Source of the DNA: Eubacteriales bacterium
GTDB lineage: Bacteria; Bacillota; Clostridia; Oscillospirales; CAG-382
NCBI GenBank assembly: GCA_045651785.1
Contig: JAZRTE010000086.1
Location: forward strand, 352 to 64,351
Reading direction: 5' to 3'
DNA length: 64,000 nt
Below are positions 19,143 to 29,386 of the stretch, one piece after another; position 1 is the stretch's first letter, and every line of letters starts with the position of its first letter. The notes under the pieces were generated by a model, which made no database searches, was not told the origin of the DNA, and saw only the letters and a list, made by a program, of their open reading frames with translations. Both the position numbers and the translations under genes were made by a program.

Positions 19143-19874
19143 ATGGGAGTAGTATCCATGAAGCAGCTTCTCGAAGCAGGTGTACATTTCGGTCACCAAA
19201 CGAGAAGATGGAACCCGAAGATGGCAGAATACATCTTCACCGAGAGAAACGGCATTTACATCATCGACCTTCAGAAAACCGTTAAGAAGATCGAAGAAGC
19301 TTATCTCTTCATTCGTGACATCGCTGCAGAAGGCGGCAACATCCTTTTCGTCGGCACTAAAAAGCAGGCACAGGATGCAATCAAGGAAGAAGCTCTCCGT
19401 AGCGAAATGTACTATGTAAACGTACGTTGGCCCGGCGGTATGCTCACCAACTTCAAGACTATCGAGAAGTCGATTCAGAAGCTCCACAACCTTAACAAGA
19501 TGGCAGAAGACGGCACCTTCGAACTTCTCCCCAAGAAGGAAGTTGCAGCTCTCCAAAAGGAAATGAACGACCTCGAAAAGAATCTTGGCGGTATCAAGGA
19601 TATGAAGGGTATCCCCTCTGCAATCTTTATCGTTGACCCCAAGAAGGAAAAGAACGCTGTTGACGAAGCAAGAAAGCTCGGCATTCCCGTTGTTGCAATC
19701 GTTGACACCAACTGCGATCCCGACGAAGTTGATTACGTAATCCCCGGTAACGACGACGCGATCCGCGCCATCAAACTCATCGCAGCTACTCTTGCTGACG
19801 CTATTATCGAAGGCAAGCAGGGCGAACAGCTCACCGATTCCTCCGAAGCTACCGAGGAAGCAGCAGCTGAATAA
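19143..19874 (+). CDS. rpsB: 30S ribosomal protein S2
   Basis: [27 protein letters not shown] is the canonical S2 N-terminus. Start moved to the ATG at 19143, which has AAGGAGAAAG upstream. Confidence 0.95.
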   Translation: MGVVSMKQLLEAGVHFGHQTRRWNPKMAEYIFTERNGIYIIDLQKTVKKIEEAYLFIRDIAAEGGNILFVGTKKQAQDAIKEEALRSEMYYVNVRWPGGMLTNFKTIEKSIQKLHNLNKMAEDGTFELLPKKEVAALQKEMNDLEKNLGGIKDMKGIPSAIFIVDPKKEKNAVDEARKLGIPVVAIVDTNCDPDEVDYVIPGNDDAIRAIKLIAATLADAIIEGKQGEQLTDSSEATEEAAAE

Positions 19875-19910
19875 TTAAAAAAACTAACGAATAATCAGGA
19901 GGAATATAAA

Positions 19911-20834
19911 ATGGCTAATATTTCCGCAAAAGACGTTATGGAGCTCCGTAAAAAGACCGGTTGCGGTATGATGGAATGCAAAAAGGCACTGGTTGAAACC
20001 GACGGCAACTTTGATGAAGCTATCAAATATCTCCGTGAAAAGGGTCTTTCTGTTGCAGCTAAAAAAGCAGATAGAATTGCAGCTGAAGGCGTTGTTGATA
20101 TTCTTACCGAAAACGGCGTAACCGCTATTATCGAAGTTAACGCAGAAACCGACTTCGTTGCAAAGAACGCTTCCTTCCAGGAATTTGTAAAGGGCATTCT
20201 CAGAACCATCGTTGCTAACAAGCCCGCTGATCTTGCAGCTCTTAACGCTCTCAACTTTGATGGCACCGACGTTACCGTTGAAGCTGAGCTTAAGAATATG
20301 ATCTTCACCATCGGCGAAAACATGAGCATCCGTCGCTTCGATATTATCGAAGGCAACACTGGTTGCTACATCCACGGCGGCGGCAGCGCAGGCGTTGTTA
20401 CCAAGTTCGAAACCGAATGCGATACCACCAACGCAGCTTTTGTTGAATACGCAAAGAACGTTTGTATGCAGATCGCTGCAATGAGCCCCTCTTACGTTGA
20501 CAGAGATTGCGTTCCCGCATCCGTTATCGAAAACGAAAAGGCAATTCTTCTCAGCCAGATCGAAAACGACGAAAACCTTTCCAAGAAGCCCGATGCAGTT
20601 AAGGAAAAGATGGTTGTCGGCAGAATCAGCAAGTTCTATGACAACAACTGTCTCGTTGACCAAGAATACGTTAAAGACGGCGACCTTACCGTTGGTAAGT
20701 ACACCGAAAACGTTGCAAAAGAGCTCGGCAACAGCATTAAGATCGTTTCCTTCGTTAAATACGAAAGAGGCGAAGGCATCGAAAAGAAAGAAGACGATTT
20801 CGCTGCTGAAATCAACAAGCTCGTTAACGGCTAA
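19911..20834 (+). CDS. tsf: Translation elongation factor Ts
   Basis: The N-terminal UBA-like motif (VMELRKKTGCGMMECKKAL) and the position after rpsB identify it. 307 aa. Confidence 0.95.
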   Translation: MANISAKDVMELRKKTGCGMMECKKALVETDGNFDEAIKYLREKGLSVAAKKADRIAAEGVVDILTENGVTAIIEVNAETDFVAKNASFQEFVKGILRTIVANKPADLAALNALNFDGTDVTVEAELKNMIFTIGENMSIRRFDIIEGNTGCYIHGGGSAGVVTKFETECDTTNAAFVEYAKNVCMQIAAMSPSYVDRDCVPASVIENEKAILLSQIENDENLSKKPDAVKEKMVVGRISKFYDNNCLVDQEYVKDGDLTVGKYTENVAKELGNSIKIVSFVKYERGEGIEKKEDDFAAEINKLVNG

Positions 20835-20846
20835 TATCACAATTAT

Positions 20847-20874
20847 AAAAGACGGCGAAAGCCGTCTTTTTTTC
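20847..20874 (+). terminator. Intrinsic terminator of rpsB-tsf
   Basis: AAAAGACGGC-gaaa-GCCGTCTTTTTTTT. Confidence 0.8.
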
Positions 20875-20904
20875 TAATTTAAGCCCTTAAATGTCCCCAA
20901 AAAC

Positions 20905-20933
20905 TTGACATATTACGACAAATGTAATAAAAT
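20905..20933 (+). promoter_or_regulatory. Putative promoter of the activase/dehydratase fusion gene
   Basis: TTGACA, 17 nt spacer, TAAAAT, located 44 nt upstream of the ATG at 20977. Confidence 0.5.
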
Positions 20934-20976
20934 ATGTTATTACACAATTTGTTCGTTGAAAGGATGCTTTGACGCT

Positions 20977-23900
20977 ATGAAGGAGTATCGTGCAGGTATT
21001 GACATCGGTTCAACTACTGTCAAGCTTGTTGTTCTTGATGAAGAAAATAAAATAATTTTCGGCGAATACAAACGTCATAGAGCCCACACGCAAGAAACTT
21101 TAGCGGAGCTTTTAAAACAAGCAAAAGCCGAGCTTGGTGACTGTATGCTCAAGGTGCGAATTACAGGCTCGGGTTCAATCAGCCTCGGCAAAGCAATGAA
21201 CATTGAATTTATTCAGGAAGTAGTTGCTGTTGCGACCGCACTTCAAAGCGTTGCTCCCCAAACCGACGTTGCCATCGAATTAGGCGGTGAAGATGCAAAG
21301 ATAATCTATTTCCGCGGCGGCCTTGAGGAACGTATGAACGGCGTTTGCGCGGGCGGTACCGGTTCGTTCATCGACCAAATGGCTTCCCTTCTCCAAACAG
21401 ACGCTTCCGGACTAAACGAAGAAGCAAAGAATTTTAAAGAAATCTATCCGATTGCGGCGCGTTGCGGCGTTTTTGCAAAAACCGATATCCAACCCTTGAT
21501 CAACGAAGGTGCGACCAAAGCAGACCTTTCCGCTTCTATTTTTCAAGCGGTTGTAAATCAAACAGTATCCGGCTTGGCTTGCGGCAAACCCATTCGCGGT
21601 TGCGTTGCTTTTTTAGGCGGTCCTTTACACTTTCTGACAGAACTCAAAAAGGCATTCATCCGCACCTTAAAGCTTACTCCCGAAACCACTGTCGATCCCG
21701 AAAACTCTCATTTATTCGCGGCAATGGGAGCGGCGCTCGAAGCAAGCTACTGCAAAACAGTCCAAATCGAAACGCTTATTTCAAACCTTGAAAAAGGAGT
21801 AAATATTGAATTCGAGTTAAAGCGTCTTGAACCTTTATTTGCCAACAGCACAGAATACGAAGAATTTTGCGAAAGACACTCGAAAGCAGTTGTCGGAAAA
21901 GACGATATTAAAAACTATAAAGGAAACTGCTTTTTGGGAATTGACGCAGGGTCAACCACCACAAAGCTTGCGCTTATAGGAGAAAACGGCAAGCTCCTCT
22001 ACTCATTTTATGCAAACAATATGGGCAACCCCATACAGACCGCAAAACGTGCAATTGCGGAAATTCAAAAAGCTTTGCCATCAGGTGTAAAAATAGCACG
22101 AAGCTGTTCAACCGGCTATGGCGAAGGGCTTTTAAAGTCGGCTTTCGGGTTAGACGAAGGCGAGGTTGAAACCATCGCACACTGCACCGCTGCCGCATTT
22201 TTTGATGAAAACGTTGATTGCGTTCTCGATATCGGCGGACAGGATATGAAGTGCATAAAGCTGAAGAACGGTTACGTTGATACAGTTCTTTTGAACGAGG
22301 CTTGCTCATCAGGTTGCGGTTCATTTATCGAAAATTTCGCAAACTCATTAGGATATTCTGCAGAAGAATTTGCCAAAGAAGCTCTTTTTGCAAAAGCTCC
22401 TGTCGACTTGGGAACCCGTTGCACCGTATTTATGAATTCAAACGTAAAGCAAGCTCAAAAGGAAGGTGCCAAGGTTAGTGATATTTCAGCCGGACTTGCA
22501 TATTCTGTAATTAAAAACGCACTGTATAAGGTAATCAAGCTTGCAGATGCAAAAGAACTTGGGCATAATGTAGTTGTTCAAGGTGGCACATTCTATAACA
22601 AAGCAGTTTTACGAGCTTTTGAAAAAATTTCCGGTGCTAAAGCGATTTGTCCCGACATTTCGGGTATTATGGGCGCATTCGGTGCCGCTCTTATCGCTAA
22701 AAACAGATATAAGGGCCACGAAAGCCAAATGCTCTCATTCGAAGAAATCGAAGCCCTTGAATATTCAACTACCGCAACACGTTGCAACGGTTGCTCGAAC
22801 AGATGTATGCTGACCGTCAACCGTTTCCCAGGAAACCGTGTTCACATAACCGGAAACAGATGTGAAAAGGGTGCGGGGAAGAATGTTTCCACCAAAAAAG
22901 GCGAAAACCTTATCTCATACAAATTAAACAGAATGTTCGATTATGAGCCGCTCGAGGAAAGCAATGCACCGAGAGGTGTTATTGGCATACCCAGAGTACT
23001 CAATATTTATGAGAATTTTCCATACTGGGCAACTTTCTTTAAAGAGCTTGGTTTTTCGGTTAAGCTATCTCCCCTTTCAACACGAAAGATTTACGAGCTC
23101 GGTATGGAAACGATACCCTCCGAATCAGAATGTTATCCTGCAAAAATTGCACACGGACACGTTCAATGGCTAATCGACAACGGAATAAAGACAATATTCC
23201 ACCCTTGTGTATTCTATGAACGCAAAGAAACAACAAACGCACAAAATCATTTCAACTGTCCTATAGTTGTTTCATATCCGGAAAACCTCAAAAATAATGT
23301 TGAAGATATCACGGACAAAAACGTTAAATACATAAGACCGTTCATTGCAATGACGAGCGAAAAGATCGCTTCTGACCGTCTTGTGATGCTCTGCAAGGAA
23401 GAATGGGGAATCCCTGCACATGAGGTTAAAAAAGCAGCAAAAGCCGCTTGGGAGGCGCAAACAGAGGCCAAAAACGATATACGCAAAAAAGGTATAAGCA
23501 CCTTGAAAAAAATGAGGGCAGAAGGCAGACAAGGCATTGTCCTTGCCGGCAGACCTTATCATATCGACCCCGAAATTAACCACGGCATTCCCGAGCTTAT
23601 CGCTTCTTACGGGCTCAACGTATTTACTGAGGACAGCATTCCTTTTGATTGCAATGCAAAAAGACCATTGCGTGCAAACGACCAATGGACATACCATTCA
23701 CGTTTATACAATGCCGCAGAATATGTTTCATCATACAATGATCTGGAATTGATTCAGCTCAATTCGTTCGGGTGCGGCTTGGATGCGGTAACCACTGACC
23801 AAGTTTGTGAAATACTTGAAAAATGCAACAAGCTTTACACCGTTCTGAAAATTGATGAGGTTAATAACCTTGGCGCAGTAAGGATCCGAATCCGAAGTCT

Positions 23901-25218
23901 TCTTGCCGCCATTTCAATCAGAAAAGATAATAAGATAAACGCCGAACCAAAAGACGTAACCTACAACAGAAGCGAATTCACAAAGGAAATGTTTGAGAAA
24001 AAGTATACGATACTTGCACCTCAAATGAGTCCTATACATTTCGATATCCTTTACCCCGTATTTAACAAGTACGGATTTAATATGGAGCTGTTGCGAAACG
24101 ACAATCGCAATGCGATCGACGTGGGCTTGAAATACGTTAACAACGATGCTTGCTTCCCATCGATAACCGTTGTAGGTCAAATTATGGATGCCGTGCTTTC
24201 CGGTAAATACGATACAGACAAACTCGCCATTATAATGACTCAAACAGGTGGTTGCTGCAGAGCAAGCAATTACGTTGGATTTATTCGCCGAGCACTTGAA
24301 AAAACCGGATATTCTCATATTCCGGTTATTTCGCTAAACCTTAACGGTATGGAGAAAAATGACGGCTTCAAGTTGTCGTTACCCTTGTTAAAGGATGCTG
24401 TGATCAGTATAATTTTCGGCGATCTTATGATGCGTTGTCTTTACAGAACTCGCCCGTACGAGCGTGCTAAAGGCTCGGCGAACGAATTGCACGAAAAATG
24501 GAAACAGAAATGCGTCGAGTATATCGTTAACGACAAATCAAAGCTCGGATTTAAAGAAATATGCAAGGGCATCGTAAACGATTTTGATAATTTGCCAATT
24601 GACGAAAGCCTCAAAAAGCCGCGCGTTGGCATTGTCGGTGAAATACTCGTAAAATATATGCCTTTGGCGAATAATCATCTTGTCGATTTGCTCGAAAGCG
24701 AGGGTGCGGAGGTTGTCGTTCCCGAATTAATGGACTTTTTAAACTACAGTTTTTATAACTTAGAGTATAAGAGCACGTATTTGGGCACAAGCAAAATGAG
24801 CACTTTTATCGCCAATTCGGGTATACGCATAATAAAAGCAGTAAGAAAAGCCGCTATCGAGGCTTTGGAGAACAGCAAGCGCTTTGAAGCTCCCATGACA
24901 ATCGATAAGGTTGCAGAGCTTGCACGCCCCCTGCTTTCAATTGGCAACCAATACGGCGAAGGATGGTTTTTAGCCGGCGAAATGGTAGAATTGATACAAA
25001 GCGGTGTTCCGAACGTCGTTTGTATCCAACCTTTCGCCTGCTTGCCTAACCACGTTGTCGGCAAAGGCGTTATAAAACAGCTCAGAAAGCTTTATCCTAC
25101 CTCCAATGTTGTTGCCGTTGATTATGATCCCGGCGCGAGCGAGGTCAACCAATTAAACCGTATCAAGCTTATGCTTTCCGTTGCAAAAAAACGATTGGAA
25201 GAAAATGAAAACAGTTAA
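20977..25218 (+). CDS. Giant fusion of two BadF/BadG/BcrA/BcrD-type activase ATPase domains and a 2-hydroxyacyl-CoA-dehydratase-like (DUF2229/HGD-D) region
   Basis: Two ASKHA phosphate-1 motifs are present (GIDIGSTTVKLVV and GIDAGSTTTKLALI), each followed by Cys-containing cluster-bridging segments. A long C-terminal dehydratase-like part follows. Start moved to MKEYRAG... at 20977. Confidence 0.8.
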   Translation: MKEYRAGIDIGSTTVKLVVLDEENKIIFGEYKRHRAHTQETLAELLKQAKAELGDCMLKVRITGSGSISLGKAMNIEFIQEVVAVATALQSVAPQTDVAIELGGEDAKIIYFRGGLEERMNGVCAGGTGSFIDQMASLLQTDASGLNEEAKNFKEIYPIAARCGVFAKTDIQPLINEGATKADLSASIFQAVVNQTVSGLACGKPIRGCVAFLGGPLHFLTELKKAFIRTLKLTPETTVDPENSHLFAAMGAALEASYCKTVQIETLISNLEKGVNIEFELKRLEPLFANSTEYEEFCERHSKAVVGKDDIKNYKGNCFLGIDAGSTTTKLALIGENGKLLYSFYANNMGNPIQTAKRAIAEIQKALPSGVKIARSCSTGYGEGLLKSAFGLDEGEVETIAHCTAAAFFDENVDCVLDIGGQDMKCIKLKNGYVDTVLLNEACSSGCGSFIENFANSLGYSAEEFAKEALFAKAPVDLGTRCTVFMNSNVKQAQKEGAKVSDISAGLAYSVIKNALYKVIKLADAKELGHNVVVQGGTFYNKAVLRAFEKISGAKAICPDISGIMGAFGAALIAKNRYKGHESQMLSFEEIEALEYSTTATRCNGCSNRCMLTVNRFPGNRVHITGNRCEKGAGKNVSTKKGENLISYKLNRMFDYEPLEESNAPRGVIGIPRVLNIYENFPYWATFFKELGFSVKLSPLSTRKIYELGMETIPSESECYPAKIAHGHVQWLIDNGIKTIFHPCVFYERKETTNAQNHFNCPIVVSYPENLKNNVEDITDKNVKYIRPFIAMTSEKIASDRLVMLCKEEWGIPAHEVKKAAKAAWEAQTEAKNDIRKKGISTLKKMRAEGRQGIVLAGRPYHIDPEINHGIPELIASYGLNVFTEDSIPFDCNAKRPLRANDQWTYHSRLYNAAEYVSSYNDLELIQLNSFGCGLDAVTTDQVCEILEKCNKLYTVLKIDEVNNLGAVRIRIRSLLAAISIRKDNKINAEPKDVTYNRSEFTKEMFEKKYTILAPQMSPIHFDILYPVFNKYGFNMELLRNDNRNAIDVGLKYVNNDACFPSITVVGQIMDAVLSGKYDTDKLAIIMTQTGGCCRASNYVGFIRRALEKTGYSHIPVISLNLNGMEKNDGFKLSLPLLKDAVISIIFGDLMMRCLYRTRPYERAKGSANELHEKWKQKCVEYIVNDKSKLGFKEICKGIVNDFDNLPIDESLKKPRVGIVGEILVKYMPLANNHLVDLLESEGAEVVVPELMDFLNYSFYNLEYKSTYLGTSKMSTFIANSGIRIIKAVRKAAIEALENSKRFEAPMTIDKVAELARPLLSIGNQYGEGWFLAGEMVELIQSGVPNVVCIQPFACLPNHVVGKGVIKQLRKLYPTSNVVAVDYDPGASEVNQLNRIKLMLSVAKKRLEENENS

Positions 25219-25240
25219 CTTAATTTAAGGAGGAGATGTT

Positions 25241-26692
25241 TTGATCAGCGATTTTTTAAAAAGTGCAGAAGCGTCTTCCCCTTCCGCAGCAGTAATTATA
25301 TCTGTCGCTTTGATGCTTTTCCTTGCATTTTTGATGACAAGAATCACCAAAAGACTAAAATTACCAAATGTAACAGCATACATAATCACCGGCATACTGA
25401 TCGGGCCGTATTGCCTTGATTTCGTACCTCAAACGGTTATCGACGGAATGGATTTTCTATCCGACATAGCTTTGGCGTTCATATCATTCAGTACGGGTCA
25501 GTTTTTCCGTTTTTCTTCTCTTAAGAAAAACGGACCAAAGGTATTTTTGATAACTTTATTCGAGGCTTGCTTCGCATCGGCGGCGATCTTTGTACTTGCC
25601 TACGGTGTACTTAATCTCAGCCTGACGTTTTCAATTGTACTTTCCGCCTTAGCCGCAACAACTGCTCCCGCATCGACAATGATGACGATTCGTCAAACGG
25701 GCGCAAAGGGTGATTTCGTCGATACGCTTTTACAGGTTGTAGCGCTTGACAACATTGTCGGTCTTCTCGCCTACAGCGTGGCAATATCGGTTGCATCCGC
25801 ATCGATCTCGGGCGATGGATTCAACTTTACCGACGTGTTGATGCCAACCGTTACTAATATATGCGTGCTTTTACTTGGATGTCTTTTCGGTATTTTAATG
25901 AAGCCGCTTTTGCAAAACAAAAGGTCTACAGATAATCGCCTTATAATAATGATTGCATTTTTGTTTGCGTTCTGCGGCATATGTGTAACTCTTGACATAT
26001 CTCCGCTGCTCGGTTGTATGTCAATGGGCACAGTGTATTTCAACATCACAGAAGATGACAAGCTTTTTAAACAGCTCAACTATTTTAATCCGCCTATACT
26101 TTTGCTGTTCTTCGTAAGGTCAGGCACCTGCTTTAACCTGAGTGTCCTTTTGGAACAGTCATCTACTGTAGGCACCGTATCGTTACTAACGGTTGGAATC
26201 GTTTATTTTATCGCAAGAATTATCAGCAAATACGGTGGAGCGTTTCTGGGATGTCTTGTGTGCAAAAAGCCAAGTAATATCCGAAATTATTTAGGCTTAG
26301 CACTTATACCCCAGGCGGGAGTTGCTATCGGACTTGCCGCCTTGGGCGCACGTGCGCTCGGAGGCGAAACCGGCGAGGCTTTAAGCACCATCATTCTTGC
26401 CTCAAGTATACTTTATGAGCTTGTAGGCCCCGTGTGTGCTAAGCTGTCGCTTCACCTTTCCGGCTCATACTCTGATAAGATAGAAAATCTTGTCGAAGTC
26501 CCCGAAACCGACGAAAGCGGTAATAAAAAAAGCGATGTCGATATACTTATCGAACGTATTAATAAAATTCAACAAGAGCTTCCACCGCACAGTATTAACG
26601 AAGATGAAAATGAATTCACCAATGCCGCTGAGGAGCATTTTGAAAATCAATTCAACAGCTTTTCGCGTTTCGGACGTTTTCGTCGCAGATAA
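25241..26692 (+). CDS. Cation:proton antiporter (CPA/Kef-type Na+/H+ exchanger family) with a soluble C-terminal tail
   Basis: Polytopic ~400-aa membrane core followed by an acidic tail. TTG start with AAGGAGGAG upstream. Confidence 0.75.
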   Translation: MISDFLKSAEASSPSAAVIISVALMLFLAFLMTRITKRLKLPNVTAYIITGILIGPYCLDFVPQTVIDGMDFLSDIALAFISFSTGQFFRFSSLKKNGPKVFLITLFEACFASAAIFVLAYGVLNLSLTFSIVLSALAATTAPASTMMTIRQTGAKGDFVDTLLQVVALDNIVGLLAYSVAISVASASISGDGFNFTDVLMPTVTNICVLLLGCLFGILMKPLLQNKRSTDNRLIIMIAFLFAFCGICVTLDISPLLGCMSMGTVYFNITEDDKLFKQLNYFNPPILLLFFVRSGTCFNLSVLLEQSSTVGTVSLLTVGIVYFIARIISKYGGAFLGCLVCKKPSNIRNYLGLALIPQAGVAIGLAALGARALGGETGEALSTIILASSILYELVGPVCAKLSLHLSGSYSDKIENLVEVPETDESGNKKSDVDILIERINKIQQELPPHSINEDENEFTNAAEEHFENQFNSFSRFGRFRRR

Positions 26693-26701
26693 GGAGAAAC
26701 T

Positions 26702-27433
26702 ATGAATTTACTAACAAAAGACCCTGTTGCTTTACTTTTGGGAAACTGGGCATCCGAATTAAGCCTTGAATCGGTCATTTTGAGAGTTTTTCTGTCGATA
26801 CTACTCTCGGCTATTATTGGTTGTGAACGTTCAAGCAAGCGCCATTCAGCAGGTCTTAGAACGTTTATGCTTGTATCACTTGCGTCTACAGTTGCGATGA
26901 TACTTGATTCATATGTAGTTACCGCCACGGATTCAAATTTATATCTTTTTTCTGCTGCAACGATAATCGGCGTTGCAACAATAAGCGTTAACTCTATGCT
27001 TTACAGCTCAAGAAGCCAAATTAAAGGACTTACTACCGCAGCAGGTCTTTGGGCTTCCGGTATTGTCGGACTCGCTCTCGGTGCAGGTCTTTACACAGTT
27101 ACTTTGATCGCATTTGCAGCTTTACTTTGCTGTCTTATGTTCTTCCCTGCTTTTGAAGTTTTTCTTAAAAACAGATCGAATCACTTTGAATTCCATCTTG
27201 AACTGAAAAGCAGCACTTATTTGCAGGATTTTGTAACAACAATAAGAAAATTAGGCCTTTCTATTGATGATATCGAATCAAATCCCGCATACCTTAATTC
27301 CGGATTAAGCGTTTATACTGTTGCAGTTTCTATCCAAAGCAAGGAATTAAAACAATACAAAACTCACCGCGAAATCATTGAGGCGCTTGATACACTCGAC
27401 TATGTTCATCACATAGAAGAAACACACGGATAA
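26702..27433 (+). CDS. MgtC/SapB-family membrane protein
   Basis: Has the MgtC N-terminal signature (LLSAIIGCERSSKRHSAGLRTFMLV) and a C-terminal ACT-like soluble domain. AAGGAG SD. Confidence 0.8.
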   Translation: MNLLTKDPVALLLGNWASELSLESVILRVFLSILLSAIIGCERSSKRHSAGLRTFMLVSLASTVAMILDSYVVTATDSNLYLFSAATIIGVATISVNSMLYSSRSQIKGLTTAAGLWASGIVGLALGAGLYTVTLIAFAALLCCLMFFPAFEVFLKNRSNHFEFHLELKSSTYLQDFVTTIRKLGLSIDDIESNPAYLNSGLSVYTVAVSIQSKELKQYKTHREIIEALDTLDYVHHIEETHG

Positions 27434-27443
27434 GGGGTTTGAA

Positions 27444-27812
27444 ATGAAACCGTTACCAGTAAGTATGCTTGCTTTTGAAAGCGCTATATTAAATGCTGAT
27501 AAGCCCGTTCTTGTTGTATTCGGCGCAATGTGGGACAGAAACAGCAGAATGCTGTTCGGTCTTATGGACGAGTACGGCGAAAAGCTTGACGGGAAAATGA
27601 TCACAGCAAGAGCTGATATTGATTATGTGCCGGAATTGTTCGCCGATTACGGTATTACCGAAATTCCAACGATGATTATTTTCGACGGCGGTGAACCCTT
27701 TAAACCTCAAGCCGGATATCACGGATTTGCCGACGTAGATAAATACATTTTCAGCTTTTACGGTTATCTTCCCTATCAAGCAAAATACGCTGATATCGAG
27801 AAATACTCTTGA
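27444..27812 (+). CDS. Thioredoxin-fold protein lacking the CXXC active site
   Basis: 122 aa with a thioredoxin-like layout (PVLVVFGAMWDRNSRML ... GITEIPTMIIFDGG). The position of WCGPC reads MWDRN, so no redox cysteines are present. Confidence 0.65.
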   Translation: MKPLPVSMLAFESAILNADKPVLVVFGAMWDRNSRMLFGLMDEYGEKLDGKMITARADIDYVPELFADYGITEIPTMIIFDGGEPFKPQAGYHGFADVDKYIFSFYGYLPYQAKYADIEKYS

Positions 27813-27864
27813 CAAATTTCAAATTATGATATAAAATAGTCAACGGTCTTTTGTGACCGCAGAC

Positions 27865-27951
27865 GCGGGTATGGCGGAATTGGCAGACGCGCTGGATTCA
27901 GGTTCCAGTGGTAGCAATACTGTACAGGTTCAAGTCCTGCTACCCGCACCA
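27865..27951 (+). tRNA. tRNA-Leu (anticodon CAG), encoded CCA end
   Basis: Acceptor GCGGGTA pairs with TACCCGC. The anticodon stem-loop is CTGGA-TTCAGGT-TCCAG (CAG). It has a long class II variable arm, a T arm CAGG-TTCAAGT-CCTG, and a terminal ACCA. TTGACA-17-TAAAAT lies just upstream. Confidence 0.9.
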
Positions 27952-27957
27952 AGTCTT

Positions 27958-28008
27958 AATAGCTTGAACCTCTTTACCGTTGGTAAGATGTTCGGGCTAT
28001 TTTGCTTT
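27958..28008 (+). terminator. Hairpin plus U-tract after tRNA-Leu
   Basis: AATAGCTTGAAC ... GTTCGGGCTATT forms 12 bp including two G-U pairs, followed by TTGCTTT. Confidence 0.45.
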
Positions 28009-28048
28009 ATGGAGGAGTATGAAAACTTCGACGGTTAATTAGCATAGC

Positions 28049-28080
28049 AAAGCCGCAGGCGAATTTTCGTCTGTGGCTTT
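28049..28080. terminator. Hairpin downstream of the small island ORF
   Basis: AAAGCCGCAGGCG-aatttt-CGTCTGTGGCTTT (with G-U pairs), located 26 nt past the stop of 28106..28318. Confidence 0.4.
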
Positions 28081-28105
28081 GTGATTGTGGGTATCCCTTA
28101 TTCTT

Positions 28106-28318
28106 CTATTTCATCAAGCTTGTTCTCTTGGTCGCTTCCTTTTTCTCGGTGCCGTCAGCACCCTGTTTTTTACGAGTCTTCCATTCCGCATAGTCTCGTT
28201 TTCCTTCTTCGGATGCAAGATACTCCCGCATAATTGGCAGCAGTATCCGTGCCAAAGATTCCATTTCATATTCGGGGATACCTAAATCATTGCGAGGAAT
28301 TTTCTTCTTTCTCGGCAT
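28106..28318 (-). CDS. Small basic hypothetical protein downstream of the integrase
   Basis: Start moved to MPRKKKIPRNDLGIPEYEMESLARIL... (70 aa). It sits 29 nt after the integrase stop. No family assigned. Confidence 0.5.
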   Translation of the reverse strand: MPRKKKIPRNDLGIPEYEMESLARILLPIMREYLASEEGKRDYAEWKTRKKQGADGTEKKEATKRTSLMK

Positions 28319-28347
28319 GATATAGTATCCTTTCTTTTTAGTTGTGA

Positions 28348-29310
28348 TCACTCTTCATAAATCTTCGTAATTCCGGAGCGATGATGACCGAGTCGCTCTG
28401 AGACCTCTCGTCTTGCCTGTTCCTCATTCATACCACGGGCAATAAGTCTTTCTTCCGTCTTTTGCGCGTAAGTGTGCCGTATTGCATGCCAACCGTAACC
28501 GCTGTCTGCTCGCTCTTTCTTGCCCTCTTTAATCTGAGCCTTTCGATCGGGATCCAAAATTTCATCAATATGATTGCTCATCCAATTGGTCAAAGCGGTT
28601 TTCACTTTCTTTACGCTGTTCTTGTGATTATCGCAGAACAAATAATTGCTTGACTTTTTCCCGTCCGCCTTGGCAATATTTAAAATCTTTTGCAGCATTA
28701 TGACTTGCTCTTCCGTATCAAGCGGAATATCTCTTGCCTGACCGCCTTTTCCGTTGGGTATGTGTAACTGCTTTGACTCAAGAGCTTCTTCCAATTGATA
28801 GATTCTTAATGTGGCAAGCTCATTTTTTCGCAGACCAAAATGGTAAACTACATATACTCCTAACACTACGTCACGTCTGTCTCCGCTTTTTGCGACATCT
28901 ACCATTTTTGTCAGTTCACTGTCAAGGAATCCCTTGTTGTACTTGCCTACCTCTCTCTTCTCCAAATCAAGCTTCTTGTTCTCCGGCAGCTTGTTCTTAC
29001 ACTTTGAATGCTTATGCCAAAATCGAATAGCGGACAGTTCGGTCATAATATACGATGCGCTTTTCCCATTTGCTTGAAGAAAATCAACGTAGGCAAAAAT
29101 ATGCTTGGCAGAAACATTCTTGACATTCTCAAGACGAAATTCAACTGCCAGGAATTTTGCGAAGCGTTCTTCGAGCGCAGAGTGATAACGTCTTCTTGTT
29201 TCAATCGATCCATTGTTGCAGTTATCAATATCACGCTTGAACTGAACGGCAAGGTTGTTCGCTATGTTCGATTGTGTCTCGGTCAATTCGTACTTAATCT
29301 GAACGCCCAT
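28348..29310 (-). CDS. int: Tyrosine-type site-specific recombinase (phage integrase family)
   Basis: Has the C-terminal catalytic signature (GWHAIRHTYA, H-x-x-R, and LGHHRSGITKIY with the Tyr nucleophile) plus an N-terminal SAM-like core-binding domain. I chose the ATG at 29310 (MGVQIKY) because GAAAGGAGGTGAAAGG lies upstream; the longer track ORF has no SD. Confidence 0.9.
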   Translation of the reverse strand: MGVQIKYELTETQSNIANNLAVQFKRDIDNCNNGSIETRRRYHSALEERFAKFLAVEFRLENVKNVSAKHIFAYVDFLQANGKSASYIMTELSAIRFWHKHSKCKNKLPENKKLDLEKREVGKYNKGFLDSELTKMVDVAKSGDRRDVVLGVYVVYHFGLRKNELATLRIYQLEEALESKQLHIPNGKGGQARDIPLDTEEQVIMLQKILNIAKADGKKSSNYLFCDNHKNSVKKVKTALTNWMSNHIDEILDPDRKAQIKEGKKERADSGYGWHAIRHTYAQKTEERLIARGMNEEQARREVSERLGHHRSGITKIYEE

Positions 29311-29340
29311 AGGCCTTTCACCTCCTTTCTGTAAATCTTT

Positions 29341-29386
29341 CAAACGAAAATTCCAATATTTTCGTTTGTACTGTAGTAATGCATTA
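29341..29386 (-). promoter_or_regulatory. Palindromes in the integrase 5' leader (possible operator or RNA hairpin)
   Basis: A perfect 11-bp inverted repeat CAAACGAAAAT-tccaat-ATTTTCGTTTG spans 29341..29368, and a 12-bp palindrome GTAATGCATTAC spans 29375..29386. They lie 30-75 nt upstream of the int start. Confidence 0.35.
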
